Positions 31,897 through 41,345 of a DNA stretch of 42,945 nt are shown one piece after another. Below the pieces are notes generated by a model. That model had not been told where the DNA came from and made no database searches. It saw only the letters and a program-made list of their open reading frames with translations. Numbering within the stretch: position 1 is the stretch's first letter; each line of letters begins with the position of its first letter. The translations under genes and the position numbers were made by a program. The DNA is from a virus. Location: IMG/VR virus record IMGVR_UViG_3300028902_000027. One strand, written 5' to 3'.

Positions 31897-32337
31897 ATGG
31901 CATTTCCCCACCTAGTGCAAGAGAGACGAATCGGAGATCACACCTATACGTGCGAGCCGCTAGGGTTCGTGTCCGGGCGACGGGGCCTAGTGCGCCTCGG
32001 AAAGACCCTAGGGCCGGCCCTTGCGGCTCTTGCGCTTGCAGAGGGGCCAACGGACCTCTCTGCACTTGCGGGAGGCTTTGCGAGGCTTCTAGAGGGCTTG
32101 TCGGAGGAAGATCTAGTTTTCTTCGATAACCTGTTTGGTCCGGTGTCGCAGTGCACGCTTCCGGACGGGAAGAAGCCACTTGTAAAGGATCTCCTGCTAG
32201 GAGATCACTTCGCAGGGAAATATGCGGAATACTTCGCTTGGCTGGCATTCTGCATTCAGACAACGTACGCTGATTTTTTCGCCGTCGCGCTCGCAAAGGC
32301 CGGCGAGCACGTTCAGACGGCGAAAGCATCCGGGTAG
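31897..32337 (+). CDS. Tail assembly chaperone (G-like, zero-frame product)
   Basis: 146 aa, immediately upstream of the tape measure. It contains the slippery heptamer T TTT TTC near its 3' end. Confidence 0.7.
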   Translation: MAFPHLVQERRIGDHTYTCEPLGFVSGRRGLVRLGKTLGPALAALALAEGPTDLSALAGGFARLLEGLSEEDLVFFDNLFGPVSQCTLPDGKKPLVKDLLLGDHFAGKYAEYFAWLAFCIQTTYADFFAVALAKAGEHVQTAKASG

Positions 32338-32537
32338 AGTTACCGGAAGGGGTGGAATGGGCCGAATGGCGCCTTATCACTTCCCCTCGGTTCAAGATCG
32401 TAAGTTTGACCCAGTTGGATCGAGAATTCGCATTCATTGAAGGGGTTGACGCACACGCTATTCTAGATGCGTTGGAAGAAGCTGAAGCGGAGCAGATCCG
32501 GCGGTCAAGAGAAAGCCTAGGAAGACATGGCGCTTAG
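31897..32537 (+). CDS. Tail assembly chaperone, -1 frameshift fusion product (GT-like)
   Basis: The -1 frame is open from 32274 to the TAG at 32535-32537. A slip at 32274-32280 joins ...TTYADFF to RRRARKGRRARSDGESIRVELPEGVEWAEWRLITSPRFKIV.... Confidence 0.6.
32274..32280 (+). promoter_or_regulatory. -1 programmed ribosomal frameshift slippery site T TTT TTC
   Basis: Zero-frame codons are gat ttt ttc gcc. The hairpin GCTCGC-aaaggccg-GCGAGC (32289-32308) starts 8 nt downstream. Confidence 0.6.
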
Positions 32538-34086
32538 GGAAGTTGCTGCAAAGCTTGGAGTTGACGTTGATTCGAAGAAGCTCGAAAGCTTCATGGGATC
32601 CGTTGACGCTGCGAAAGAGAAGCTTGCAGCACTAGGCGCCGCATTCCTAGGATCTCAATTCGTTTCGTTCGTCAACTCTCAGATTGAGGCAACGGCAGCC
32701 ATCGCGGGAATGGCTGCTAAGATGAGTGTCTCTACCGACGAAGCACAGAAGCTAGCCTTTGCCTTGGGTCGTATCGGACTTGACTCCGATAAGGCAACCA
32801 AGGCAATGGTTATGTTCAATAAGGCTATCGGAGATGACTCCGTCAATGCCGGAACCAAGTTCGCTAAGCTCGGAATCAAGATCAAGGACGGCAACGGAGC
32901 AATCAAACCAACCTCTGAGATCCTTGGAGATGTTGCGGATCGTATTCAGAAGACGGGCAATGTAGCGGAAGCAACCGCCATTGCAATGCAACTCTTTGGA
33001 GAAGATGCTAAGGATATGGTCCCTCTGCTTATGCAGGGACGAGCCGGACTAAAGTCTCTCACGGATGAGTTCGAAGCAATGGGGGGTGTCATCTCGGGTG
33101 ACACGATCAAGCAAGCCAAAGAGGTTCGCAAAGAGGTAAAGAGTATCAAGTTTGCCCTTGAAACGCTGACGAACAACGCTATTGCTCCACTACTGCCGTA
33201 TATCAAGGCGGTTATCAAGGTTGGGAGCGGTTGGGCCGGGTCTCTTTCCAAGCTAGTCAAGACATCCAACGTACTGCAAGTGGCGTTGATTACCCTTGGA
33301 GCTATCGCCGCTGTGAAGTTGGTTCCGATGCTGTTTCAGACGGCACGAACCTTCTTCTCTATGCAGACGGCTATCATGGGTGTTACGGGCCCAACGTGGC
33401 TTTGGATTGCCGCTCTAGCGTTTCTGTTCCTAGTCTTCGAAGATCTGTTCACGCTGGTTACCGGAGGTGACTCACTTATCGGTACGTTGCTGGATAAGTT
33501 CGGCGGACTAGGTACGAAAGAGAAGGTAATTACTGCTCTCAAGGACGCTTGGAAGCTCATAGTGGATGTGTGGACGGATGCGAAAACCGCATTCAATGAC
33601 ATCGTCAAGGCTTGGGAGGCCGGAGAAGGTGTCCTAGGCGGTATCAAGGCTGCTATCAAGATCGTTATGGATGCGATCGACGCCTTGGTAAAGAAATACG
33701 AACAACTCACAGGGGGGATCAAGTCTAATACGAAGGTGTATACTGGAGCGGAAGCGGACGCCAAGCTAAAGGGTTACGCCGCGAACGGGACGCAAGTCTT
33801 TACGGGTGACGATGTGGCTAAGAAGCTTGGAGAGTTCCCTAAGCAGCCGGCGTTCTCCGGTACGGTCGCAGGCAATTCGTTTACCGTTCCGGCCAAGCTA
33901 CCTACGCCCGGAGGCGCAACGGACTCTGCCCCTGTCATTCAAGACAACTCCAGTAAGCAAGTGGTAATCAATGCGTCTCAGTTGTCCAAGGACGAAGCGG
34001 AGAAGTTGGTTCAAGGCGAAGTAAAAAAAGCCATGGACAAGGGCAACGCAAAGACTTGGCACGCACAACCGGGGTTCGCTAAATGA
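32527..34086 (+). CDS. Tape measure protein
   Basis: 519 aa, Ala/Lys/Gly-rich and helical. Internal hydrophobic segment (VALITLGAIAAVKLVPMLF...WLWIAALAFLFLVF). Located after the chaperone pair. Confidence 0.85.
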   Translation: MALREVAAKLGVDVDSKKLESFMGSVDAAKEKLAALGAAFLGSQFVSFVNSQIEATAAIAGMAAKMSVSTDEAQKLAFALGRIGLDSDKATKAMVMFNKAIGDDSVNAGTKFAKLGIKIKDGNGAIKPTSEILGDVADRIQKTGNVAEATAIAMQLFGEDAKDMVPLLMQGRAGLKSLTDEFEAMGGVISGDTIKQAKEVRKEVKSIKFALETLTNNAIAPLLPYIKAVIKVGSGWAGSLSKLVKTSNVLQVALITLGAIAAVKLVPMLFQTARTFFSMQTAIMGVTGPTWLWIAALAFLFLVFEDLFTLVTGGDSLIGTLLDKFGGLGTKEKVITALKDAWKLIVDVWTDAKTAFNDIVKAWEAGEGVLGGIKAAIKIVMDAIDALVKKYEQLTGGIKSNTKVYTGAEADAKLKGYAANGTQVFTGDDVAKKLGEFPKQPAFSGTVAGNSFTVPAKLPTPGGATDSAPVIQDNSSKQVVINASQLSKDEAEKLVQGEVKKAMDKGNAKTWHAQPGFAK

Positions 34087-34805
34087 CCGCATCACTTTTC
34101 CTTATCACTTGGAAGGGGACTCTAACCAGTCCAGGGGGAAGCCTTGCCTTCGATGCTATCATGTCTGAGACGTACGATGAAAGCTCCACTATAACAGACT
34201 TCCCGGTAGAGTCCGGAGCGAATATCAACGATCATATTCGCTCTAATCCGGAGCGGGTGACGTGCGATGCATGGGTCACAGATACGCCGCACACGGGGGA
34301 CAATAACGTCAATGGAGGCCTTCCCCGTGGCTCCATTGCAGGCAAGGTGCTAGAGACACCTTCCGCGCCTACGCAATACGGATTCACTGGATTGGTTGCG
34401 CTGGCGAAACGCGCACTAGGCCTAGGTGCGCCTCCGGTCAAGGCACAGTTGCTACAATTCGCGACCCCTTTCTCTGCTATCACGGAAACGCACCAATTGC
34501 TTTCCAAGCTCCGGGAGGAAGGCCGACCGTTGGAGTTGTTCGCGCGCGATTGGTTCGCGGATAACATGGTCATTGAATCCATCTCGAAACCGCGCGCCCC
34601 GGAAGATGGTTCAATGGCTCACTTTGCGATCAACTTCAAGCGTGTTCGCATTGTTGAGACTCGCGTTACAGTTGCGGCCGTTCCCGCCGAACCAAGAGGT
34701 AAAGGCAAGGTCGACGCGGGGAAGAAGGATGGATCTAGCTCCGATGCTGCTAAGAAGTCCTCTCTACTAGCAAAGGGTGCGAAGTATCTTGGAGTCCTAC
34801 CGTAA
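34083..34805 (+). CDS. Baseplate/tail-tip protein (Dit-like fold?)
   Basis: ATGA overlap with the tape measure. ITDFPVESGANINDHIR resembles the Dit-like N-terminal motif. Confidence 0.5.
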   Translation: MTASLFLITWKGTLTSPGGSLAFDAIMSETYDESSTITDFPVESGANINDHIRSNPERVTCDAWVTDTPHTGDNNVNGGLPRGSIAGKVLETPSAPTQYGFTGLVALAKRALGLGAPPVKAQLLQFATPFSAITETHQLLSKLREEGRPLELFARDWFADNMVIESISKPRAPEDGSMAHFAINFKRVRIVETRVTVAAVPAEPRGKGKVDAGKKDGSSSDAAKKSSLLAKGAKYLGVLP

Positions 34806-35152
34806 TGCCCATCTCCATTCCTTGCAGAGCGGATCCACATTGGGATCAAATCACAGAGCTTGACGGCGCCGAATACAAATTGGCCTTTCGTTGGAATCAA
34901 CGGGAGGCTAGGTATTCTCTTAGCCTGTATACTCCGGATGACATTCCTATCGCACTAGGCGCAAAGCTAGTTGTCGGTTGGCCTCTATTCCTGAACGCCA
35001 CTAGCGAACTCATGCCTACCGGGTCTTTCGTGGTAATCAACTCCGGAGATAGCGAGGCTAATCCTGGCATCGGCGAGCTAGGGATCGGTAAGAGGTGTGA
35101 ACTTTTCTACTTCACAGAAGAGGAAGTAGCTAGCGCAAAGGCCGCACTGTGA
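34805..35152 (+). CDS. Small baseplate (plug-like) protein
   Basis: 115 aa, TAATG overlap. ELDGAEYKLAFRWNQREARYSLSLY is a pattern seen in small baseplate plug proteins of simple myovirus baseplates (from memory). Confidence 0.45.
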   Translation: MPISIPCRADPHWDQITELDGAEYKLAFRWNQREARYSLSLYTPDDIPIALGAKLVVGWPLFLNATSELMPTGSFVVINSGDSEANPGIGELGIGKRCELFYFTEEEVASAKAAL

Positions 35153-35982
35153 AACTCTTTGGCAGGGCTTGGGAGATCTCCGCGGGTGACGTGCTCCTAT
35201 CGGACACGACATCGGGAGTAGCTTGCGAATTCTCCGTAAAGAAAACGCTGAAACCGGAGCCGAATACTGCTGACTTGAAGGTGTGGAACCTTTCCGAGAC
35301 AACGCGAGCCAAGCTCACTAGCCCGAAGAAGGTTCCGATTCGTATCGAAGCGGGCTACGTTGACAGGGTGTCTCAGATCTATCTAGGTGACGTGCGGGCT
35401 ATGTCGCCAGGGGAGAAGCGAGGCCCGGACATCGTAACGGAACTCATGTCCGGGGATGGTTCGCAGCAATTCCGGGAGGCGCATCTAGAAGTTCCGCTAG
35501 GCCCCAAGACACCCAACGGGGTTGCCCTGCAAGCGATTGCAAAGGCCTTGGGCGTAGGCATGGGCAACGTGCCCAAAGTCGCCGCAACGCTGGCCTCCAA
35601 GGGCTCCGCGGTGTTCCCTAGGTCCACTGTCCTAGTGGGCAACGTGGCACGCATCCTAACGGATTTCTGCCGCTCCGCGGGGTTGGAGTGGAGCATTCAG
35701 GATGGGGTGCTCCAAGTCCTAGATCTAGGGAAGCCTCTCGAAACGAAGCCCTATGTGATCTCTGCCGATTCTGGTATGATTGGCGCACCCTCCCTAGGTT
35801 CCGATGGGAAGGTTTCCGCTACATGTCTCATGATCCCTGAGTTGCGCCCCGGTATGCGCGTCATGTTTGATACCTTCGCAGTAAAGGGCGTCTATCGTGT
35901 TTCTGAATGCGAGTATCAGGGATCGACGCATGGCGCGGATTGGAGTCTCAAGATCGTTTGCGAGAAGCCAAAGGCGGTATAA
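35149..35982 (+). CDS. Baseplate hub-like protein
   Basis: 277 aa, GTGA overlap. Located between the tape-measure-proximal genes and the spike. Confidence 0.5.
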   Translation: MKLFGRAWEISAGDVLLSDTTSGVACEFSVKKTLKPEPNTADLKVWNLSETTRAKLTSPKKVPIRIEAGYVDRVSQIYLGDVRAMSPGEKRGPDIVTELMSGDGSQQFREAHLEVPLGPKTPNGVALQAIAKALGVGMGNVPKVAATLASKGSAVFPRSTVLVGNVARILTDFCRSAGLEWSIQDGVLQVLDLGKPLETKPYVISADSGMIGAPSLGSDGKVSATCLMIPELRPGMRVMFDTFAVKGVYRVSECEYQGSTHGADWSLKIVCEKPKAV

Positions 35983-36158
35983 TGGTCATTGATCCCGAAA
36001 TGCCGTTGACCAAGATCAACCCGGCGAACTCAGAAGAAAAAGTGTTCTGGGATCGGGCGTTCCTTTCCATGTTGCCAGCGTCCGGCAATGTGTATGTAGC
36101 GGCCCAAGCGGCGGACGTTGCTATTCAAGCTCGACGCAAGAGGCTAGAACACCCGTGA
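35982..36158 (+). CDS. Hypothetical small protein (58 aa)
   Basis: The ATG at 35982 is in a TAATG overlap, and the stop overlaps the next GTG. Confidence 0.4.
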   Translation: MVIDPEMPLTKINPANSEEKVFWDRAFLSMLPASGNVYVAAQAADVAIQARRKRLEHP

Positions 36159-36844
36159 GTGACGAAGGCTATGAGCTTACAGACATTCTCCGCGCATCCA
36201 ACGAAGCCACGTTGGATGGTATCAACGTTGCTCTCCCTGGCATTGTGGTTAGCTACTCCGCTGCTAAGCAGACGGCAACAGTGCGTCCTGCTGTCAAAGT
36301 CCCTAGGAAGGTGGCCGGAAAGTTTCCCTCTGACGAAACGGGAATCACTTATCAAACCTTGCCCGATTTGCCGGACGTGCCTATCGCATGGGCCAGTGGT
36401 GGCGGTTACGTGGCGACTTTCCCCCTTGCCGCAAACGATCCTGTTATGCTGATTTTCTCGTCGGTAGCGTTCGGGGAATACATGCTAAGCGGGAAAGTGT
36501 CCGAACCCAAGGACACTCGGAAGCATTCGCTTGGCTATCCTATTGCTATACCGGGAGGCGCACGGCCCGATACGAAACCGATCCTTGACGCTAGTGCTAC
36601 GGAGATGGTTATCGGAAAGGACAATGGAGATCCACAAGTCCGTATCGGCGCGACGACTATCACACTTGGCAAGGGTGCGACGGATGCGGTTGCGCTTGCG
36701 AGTAAAGTACTGACAGAGTTGCAAGCAATCAAGACAGCATATGACGGGCATACGCATACCGCGCCCGGAGGTGCTACGGGAGTCCCAATCCCTCTATTGC
36801 CTACCCCGGGATCGGTAGCATCCACTCTAATCAAGGCTAAGTAA
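36155..36844 (+). CDS. Baseplate central spike (Gp138 N-terminal / Mu gp45-like)
   Basis: PGIVVSYSAAKQTATVRPAVK ... LPDLPDVPIAWASGGGYVATFPLAANDPVMLIFSS matches the spike OB-domain pattern. GTG start. Confidence 0.65.
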   Translation: MSDEGYELTDILRASNEATLDGINVALPGIVVSYSAAKQTATVRPAVKVPRKVAGKFPSDETGITYQTLPDLPDVPIAWASGGGYVATFPLAANDPVMLIFSSVAFGEYMLSGKVSEPKDTRKHSLGYPIAIPGGARPDTKPILDASATEMVIGKDNGDPQVRIGATTITLGKGATDAVALASKVLTELQAIKTAYDGHTHTAPGGATGVPIPLLPTPGSVASTLIKAK

Positions 36845-37263
36845 TGTCCTTTTTCGAGCTTACAGACGACGGAGATCTAGCCCTGAAAGTGACGAATGTC
36901 GCGACGGGGAAGAAAGGTCTAAGCCTTTCGAGGGACGTAGCCTATGCGGCGGCGACCAAGATCAAGACTCGTCTTCTGTTCTGGGAAGGGGAATGGTTCC
37001 TTGATACGCGGCAAGGTACACCATGGATCCGGTATATCCTGGTAAAGAATCCGAATCTAAACTTGATCCGAATCATCGTCTCTAAGATCCTACTCTCTGT
37101 GAAGTCCGTTGCAAGCGTATTGTCTGTGACGATCGAGGTAAATGCGCAACGGGAGGCCTCGATTGGATTCGAGGCTATCACTTCGGACGGTCGCAAGGTC
37201 TCCGGAGGGATGGGACAACCGTTCCTTGTGGAAGGTGTGGAAGTTAGCGAGGGCTTGCTATGA
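36844..37263 (+). CDS. Baseplate wedge protein (gp25/W-like)
   Basis: 139 aa. TRLLFWEGEWFLDTRQGTPW fits the GEW..D...G motif. Located before the J-like gene. Confidence 0.6.
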   Translation: MSFFELTDDGDLALKVTNVATGKKGLSLSRDVAYAAATKIKTRLLFWEGEWFLDTRQGTPWIRYILVKNPNLNLIRIIVSKILLSVKSVASVLSVTIEVNAQREASIGFEAITSDGRKVSGGMGQPFLVEGVEVSEGLL

Positions 37264-38432
37264 GCTACGGTCTAGATGATACCGGATTCGTTCCCGCTAC
37301 CGTGGAGGATCTCCGCGACGAGATGAATGCGGATATACTTGCGGACGTTGACGCGGATCTAGACCTAGATCCGGATCAACCCGCCGGGCAATTCGTAGGC
37401 ATCTTTGCTAGCAAGCTTTCGGAGGCATGGGAGCTACTAGATACGGTTGTCAAGGCGTTGGACGACAACTCGGCGGAAGACTCCCTACTTGACAACCTTG
37501 CTGCAATGACAGGGACCAAGAGGCCTGCCGCGAAAAAGGGAAAGGTTACGATCCGTTGCACGCTGGCCGGCGGCACCGTCATGGCAGGGACGGCTCAGGT
37601 TGCGGACGTTGCAGACGCAACGAACACTTGGACAATCGAGGAATCCTATACGGCCGGAGCTTCTCCAGAGACGAAGGATCTCACGTTCGTTTGCGATCGA
37701 GAGGGTGTGGTGCTAGCTCCCGCGGGAACGTTGACGGTTATCACCACTCCGATCGCAGGATGGTCCGCCGCCACGAACCCAACGGATGCCGTTCCCGGCC
37801 GTCTGGTCGCGAAGGACTTGGAGTTGAGACAGTTGCGCCGGCAAGAGCTTGCGGACCTAGGCGCAACGTCCCTGCCTGCCCTCCGTTCGGCCTTGCTCAA
37901 GGTGGAAGGTGTCATCGCCGCACTGTGCGAGGAAAACACTTCTATGGCCGTCGACGCCTATGGCCGTCCGGCCAAGAGTATCGAGGCAATCATTTGGGAT
38001 GGGGTTGCCCTTGACGCGCTCGATCAAGATCTCGCAAAGACCATTTTCGAGAACACCGCGGGAGGGATCGAATCCTACGGAACTACTGCGACGGTCGTCT
38101 ATGTGGATGAATACGAGGTGAATCACACTATCCGTTTCACCCGAGCAACCCAGGTACCTATCACGGTAAGTATCACCCTGACACAAGATCCAAAGCTCCC
38201 GGCGTACAATCCGGTTACGGTTCGTCAAGCGATCGTTGATTACGGCAACTCGCTTGGAGGCAATGAGGATCCGATTATCGAGCGGGTGAAAGCCGTTGCG
38301 CTGGCCGTCGCAGGCGTCAAAGATGTCGTCGCTTGCACCCTTGACAGAGGTTCCGGGCCCGTCGCGACGAACATCTCGATCGGTAAACGGGAGGTGTCCA
38401 CTTGGGACACCGGAGATGTAACGGTGCTATGA
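37260..38432 (+). CDS. Baseplate J-like protein
   Basis: 390 aa. N-terminal GFVPATVEDLRDEMNADI...SAEDSLLDNLAAMTG is typical of the Baseplate_J family. Confidence 0.75.
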   Translation: MSYGLDDTGFVPATVEDLRDEMNADILADVDADLDLDPDQPAGQFVGIFASKLSEAWELLDTVVKALDDNSAEDSLLDNLAAMTGTKRPAAKKGKVTIRCTLAGGTVMAGTAQVADVADATNTWTIEESYTAGASPETKDLTFVCDREGVVLAPAGTLTVITTPIAGWSAATNPTDAVPGRLVAKDLELRQLRRQELADLGATSLPALRSALLKVEGVIAALCEENTSMAVDAYGRPAKSIEAIIWDGVALDALDQDLAKTIFENTAGGIESYGTTATVVYVDEYEVNHTIRFTRATQVPITVSITLTQDPKLPAYNPVTVRQAIVDYGNSLGGNEDPIIERVKAVALAVAGVKDVVACTLDRGSGPVATNISIGKREVSTWDTGDVTVL

Positions 38433-39046
38433 TTCCCGCCGTCAACAACTCTCATGTGTACGAAGCTAGGAATAGGCTTCTCTCTCAATTCCGAAAGCCT
38501 CGAATTGAAGGTTTCCTAAAGGCCTTCGTCAAGCGAGTTCAACGCTTGGAAGACGAGATTTGGAAAGTCCTAGGAGAGATTCATCTAGGCACCAATAACA
38601 CACACATTCTTGATTCTCTTGGTACGATCCTCCAACTGGACAGGGGGCCTAGGAATGCAGAGTATCGAGCGGCGCTAGCTCTCAGAATCCTTGTCCTCCG
38701 GTCGAAAGCGCGCGCAATGGATCTTGTCAAGATCGTTGCGACGGCTGCAAGTCAGGAATGGGGTTACTGGTCTGCTTTCCCGGCCGGATTCACTGTGTAT
38801 CATTACGGTTCGACCGCGGAGCTAAACGCTATCGTAGAGAGTCTCAGGGCTGCAAAGGCCGGAGGTGTGGACGGTAGGGTTTGGTATTCGTCGGAAAGCT
38901 TTACCGAGCTTCTCATTCCAGGTACCACAACGGCAGCACCACTCCACTATGACCTAGATTCACCTTTCGAAGTCTTGGAACCTACGGCACCAAATAACGT
39001 TGGAGATGTTGTAGGTTTCGTTCCCGTTCACTGTGTACCCCTCTAA
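38429..39046 (+). CDS. Baseplate/tail protein (P2 gpI / DUF2612-like)
   Basis: The ATG at 38429 is in an ATGA overlap. Located after the J-like gene. LLSQFRKPRIEGFLKAFVKRVQRLEDEIW pattern. Confidence 0.5.
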   Translation: MIPAVNNSHVYEARNRLLSQFRKPRIEGFLKAFVKRVQRLEDEIWKVLGEIHLGTNNTHILDSLGTILQLDRGPRNAEYRAALALRILVLRSKARAMDLVKIVATAASQEWGYWSAFPAGFTVYHYGSTAELNAIVESLRAAKAGGVDGRVWYSSESFTELLIPGTTTAAPLHYDLDSPFEVLEPTAPNNVGDVVGFVPVHCVPL

Positions 39047-39055
39047 GGCAAACCA

Positions 39056-40315
39056 ATGGCAGATCTTCCTATCAAGGTTCTATATGCGGCCGATGCGAAC
39101 TATGCAGCGGGCGCTCACCCTTGGAGTGGTACTCCGACGAAGGTAGCTCCGGGGTCTAGCTTCCAATCCAAGGGTTGGATCCCTGGGTCGCCGATCGCGG
39201 CGCAGGAACAGAATTACGTTATTGACAAGATCCAAGACCTTGCGATCGACGCACAGCAACGCGGGGCAGTCAAGGCTATTGCGCAAGGGACCCTTGACAG
39301 TTACTCCCTGGGTTGGTTTCTTGAAGGCACTAAGCGTCTCGTCTCGTCGGTTGACGTAACGGGAACTCAGAAGATTACAGCGTTCGCCGCGAACAATCCG
39401 GGTCGTAAGGCTTCTAGCGCGACGACCATGCCAAGCTTCCAAGATCGTTTCGCTTACGATCGAGTTTCGAAGAAGCTAGTATGTTTCTCCAAGCCTTTGG
39501 TTGGTAGCTCCGGAACCTTCCTGGATATCACCGATGATAAGGCATTGACTACTGCCAGCCGGAACCCTCCGACCGTCAATGCTCGCTACACCGACGTTTG
39601 CACGGATGTCAGTACCGGCAAAATCGTCATGGTCTCTGCGCTCGATCCTGGTACGCCGGCCTTCGGAGTGGCCTACGGAAGCCCTCCTAGCGCCCTCTCT
39701 TGGACGGCCGCGGGCATCGGTTGGATTTCGGATACTGAGACCAAGATTTCCAGCAAACCTGGAGAGACTAGGATCTTTTCGTATCAGAAAACGTACAGTA
39801 CGCCCGATGCTGGAGCTACGCTATCGTCGGTCAATACCACGACATGGACCGGAGGCTATACCGCCGGATCCACCATGTTCCGACCGTGCTGGGATACGCT
39901 AAAGAGCCGCTGGATTTGCTCCACGGCAAAGATGGGTGTTTCCCATGACGATGCTTCGTCTAGCTCCAAGCTTTGGACGAGCACGGACGGGATCACTTGG
40001 ACGACGCTGGCGACCAATCCGGCGTATGTCTTCCTCGACATGGTCTGTTTCAAGGGTTGGCTTTGGGCCGCGGGTTGCGTCCTAGACCGTACCGGCAACC
40101 CTGGACACGGAGGGATCGAGATCTTTTACTCCCGCGACGGGGGGACTACTTGGATCCGTACAGGGCTCATCCTGTCCCTTCGAACCGGCGGAACCGTCAC
40201 GGACCACCAACCTAGGTTGGTTCCCTGCGACGGTATCCTAATGTGTCTCACCTACCGAGCTACCGGAGCCGCGGGCGACTTGGATTACATTGCCGTTGAC
40301 ACGGGAGCGCTCTAG
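39056..40315 (+). CDS. Tail fibre with C-terminal BNR/Asp-box (sialidase-like beta-propeller) domain
   Basis: The N-terminal KGWIPGSPIAAQEQNYV is fibre-like. Two canonical Asp-boxes SxDxGxTW are present: STDGITW (about 39980-40000) and SRDGGTTW (about 40130-40153). Confidence 0.65.
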   Translation: MADLPIKVLYAADANYAAGAHPWSGTPTKVAPGSSFQSKGWIPGSPIAAQEQNYVIDKIQDLAIDAQQRGAVKAIAQGTLDSYSLGWFLEGTKRLVSSVDVTGTQKITAFAANNPGRKASSATTMPSFQDRFAYDRVSKKLVCFSKPLVGSSGTFLDITDDKALTTASRNPPTVNARYTDVCTDVSTGKIVMVSALDPGTPAFGVAYGSPPSALSWTAAGIGWISDTETKISSKPGETRIFSYQKTYSTPDAGATLSSVNTTTWTGGYTAGSTMFRPCWDTLKSRWICSTAKMGVSHDDASSSSKLWTSTDGITWTTLATNPAYVFLDMVCFKGWLWAAGCVLDRTGNPGHGGIEIFYSRDGGTTWIRTGLILSLRTGGTVTDHQPRLVPCDGILMCLTYRATGAAGDLDYIAVDTGAL

Positions 40316-40812
40316 CCTCCCGCACCTCGTGAGATCCTTCCGAGGTGGAAGAGACCTAGGCCGATCGCGTCCAACATGTTGTGTGCATCGGCCTTAGGTA
40401 GCTTTGGGATTCTGGCAGATTCTGCAGGGGATAGAGCAGCAAGGATCCTCTCATGGTGGACGTTCTTTGGAACCTGTCCCTTCCACTCTTGCGGAAGGTG
40501 TCGATACACAGAAGCACCATAAAGCTTGGCTCGCTCGATCCATTGACCCGCTTGCACTGCCACCTTGATCAAGTCGTTTGGGTCTCCCTTTGACTTGCCC
40601 ACACGATAGACTTGCGGGATCTCTATCACTAGCTGTCCCTCCCGGAAAAGCCAATCCCAAGGCATGACAGCTGTTTTAGTTGCCAGCCATTGATCGTCCA
40701 CTGTGCAAATACCTGAGTAGGCCAGTTCCTTGGTAACAGGGTTGAACACGGCCCATCCTGTGCAGTTGCCCGGGTCAATGGATAGAAGATTGGGCATCGT
40801 CGCGCTTTCCAT
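40312..40812 (-). CDS. RuvC-like Holliday junction resolvase
   Basis: LLSIDPGNCTGWAV (catalytic Asp), LVIEIPQ (Glu) and AHNMLDAIGLGL (C-terminal His/Asp). Start is ATG 40812 or 40797. Confidence 0.75.
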   Translation of the reverse strand: MESATMPNLLSIDPGNCTGWAVFNPVTKELAYSGICTVDDQWLATKTAVMPWDWLFREGQLVIEIPQVYRVGKSKGDPNDLIKVAVQAGQWIERAKLYGASVYRHLPQEWKGQVPKNVHHERILAALSPAESARIPKLPKADAHNMLDAIGLGLFHLGRISRGAGG

Positions 40813-41314
40813 TAGTCAAGAGGTTTTCCAGTTGGATCAATTCCTCTTCGGACAAGTGGCTTAGATCTTGGGTCTCTTCCACTCGCTCCGTAGCTTCCCC
40901 TCGGATGAGACGGTCAAGCTTGACGGTGGACTCTAGCAGTGCGCGCAAGTCACGAGGCTTGATAACTTCCAAGTTGGAGGATCGAACCGTTGCAAGTAGC
41001 TTGGCGAATTCCTGCTCTAGCACTTGCCGCGCATCTTGAAGGATCGACATATGCTGTGCTGCAATCTCTTTCGCAGATTGGGTCAAGAGAGCTTCCCGTT
41101 CCGCAAGCATGATCCCGTCTAGGTGTCGATCGTATTCGGCAACCCGCTCCCTCCAGAAATGCTTTTCAATCCATTGCGCCACTTGGACAGGGTTACGCCG
41201 TCCGGGTCGATAGGTGTAGGCCTTCCGAGGCCGGGGGGAGTCCCTATAGGCCACGAATTCCGGCCAGCTTTCCTCCGTATCATACGGTTGACGTTCCCAG
41301 GGTTGCGGGTCCAT
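40775..41314 (-). CDS. Small-terminase-like / HTH protein
   Basis: MDPQPWERQPYDTEESWPEFVAYRDSPRPRK...WRERVAEYD resembles the N-terminal motif of many small terminase or HTH proteins (PWERQ..E....F..YRD). C-terminal coiled coil. I prefer the ATG at 41314 over the GTG at 41332. Confidence 0.4.
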   Translation of the reverse strand: MDPQPWERQPYDTEESWPEFVAYRDSPRPRKAYTYRPGRRNPVQVAQWIEKHFWRERVAEYDRHLDGIMLAEREALLTQSAKEIAAQHMSILQDARQVLEQEFAKLLATVRSSNLEVIKPRDLRALLESTVKLDRLIRGEATERVEETQDLSHLSEEELIQLENLLTNGKRDDAQSSIH

Positions 41315-41320
41315 TCTGCA

Positions 41321-41340
41321 ATGATAGCACACCTATTCTA
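41321..41340. promoter_or_regulatory. Back-to-back -10-like boxes for divergent portal and small-terminase-like genes
   Basis: CTATTCTA at 41333-41340 (+) is 6 nt before the portal ATG at 41346. TATCAT at 41326-41321 (-) is 6 nt before the ATG at 41314. Confidence 0.4.
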
Positions 41341-41345
41341 ATGGT

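Noticed and set aside
31889-32437. 182-aa minus-strand ORF opposite the tail chaperone
   Set aside because: It is Arg/Ser/Pro-rich and antisense to the chaperone/frameshift pair, whose synteny and slippery site are convincing.
32352-32537. An independent 61-aa gene starting at the GTG at 32352
   Set aside because: Its frame is open from the slippery site at 32274. It is better explained as the -1 frameshift extension of the chaperone.
25315-40315. A diversity-generating retroelement or other hypervariation system acting on the fibre genes
   Set aside because: I saw no reverse-transcriptase-like ORF (no YxDD-type motif in a suitable ORF) and no template/variable repeat pair matching a fibre 3' end. 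An exhaustive self-alignment was not possible by eye.
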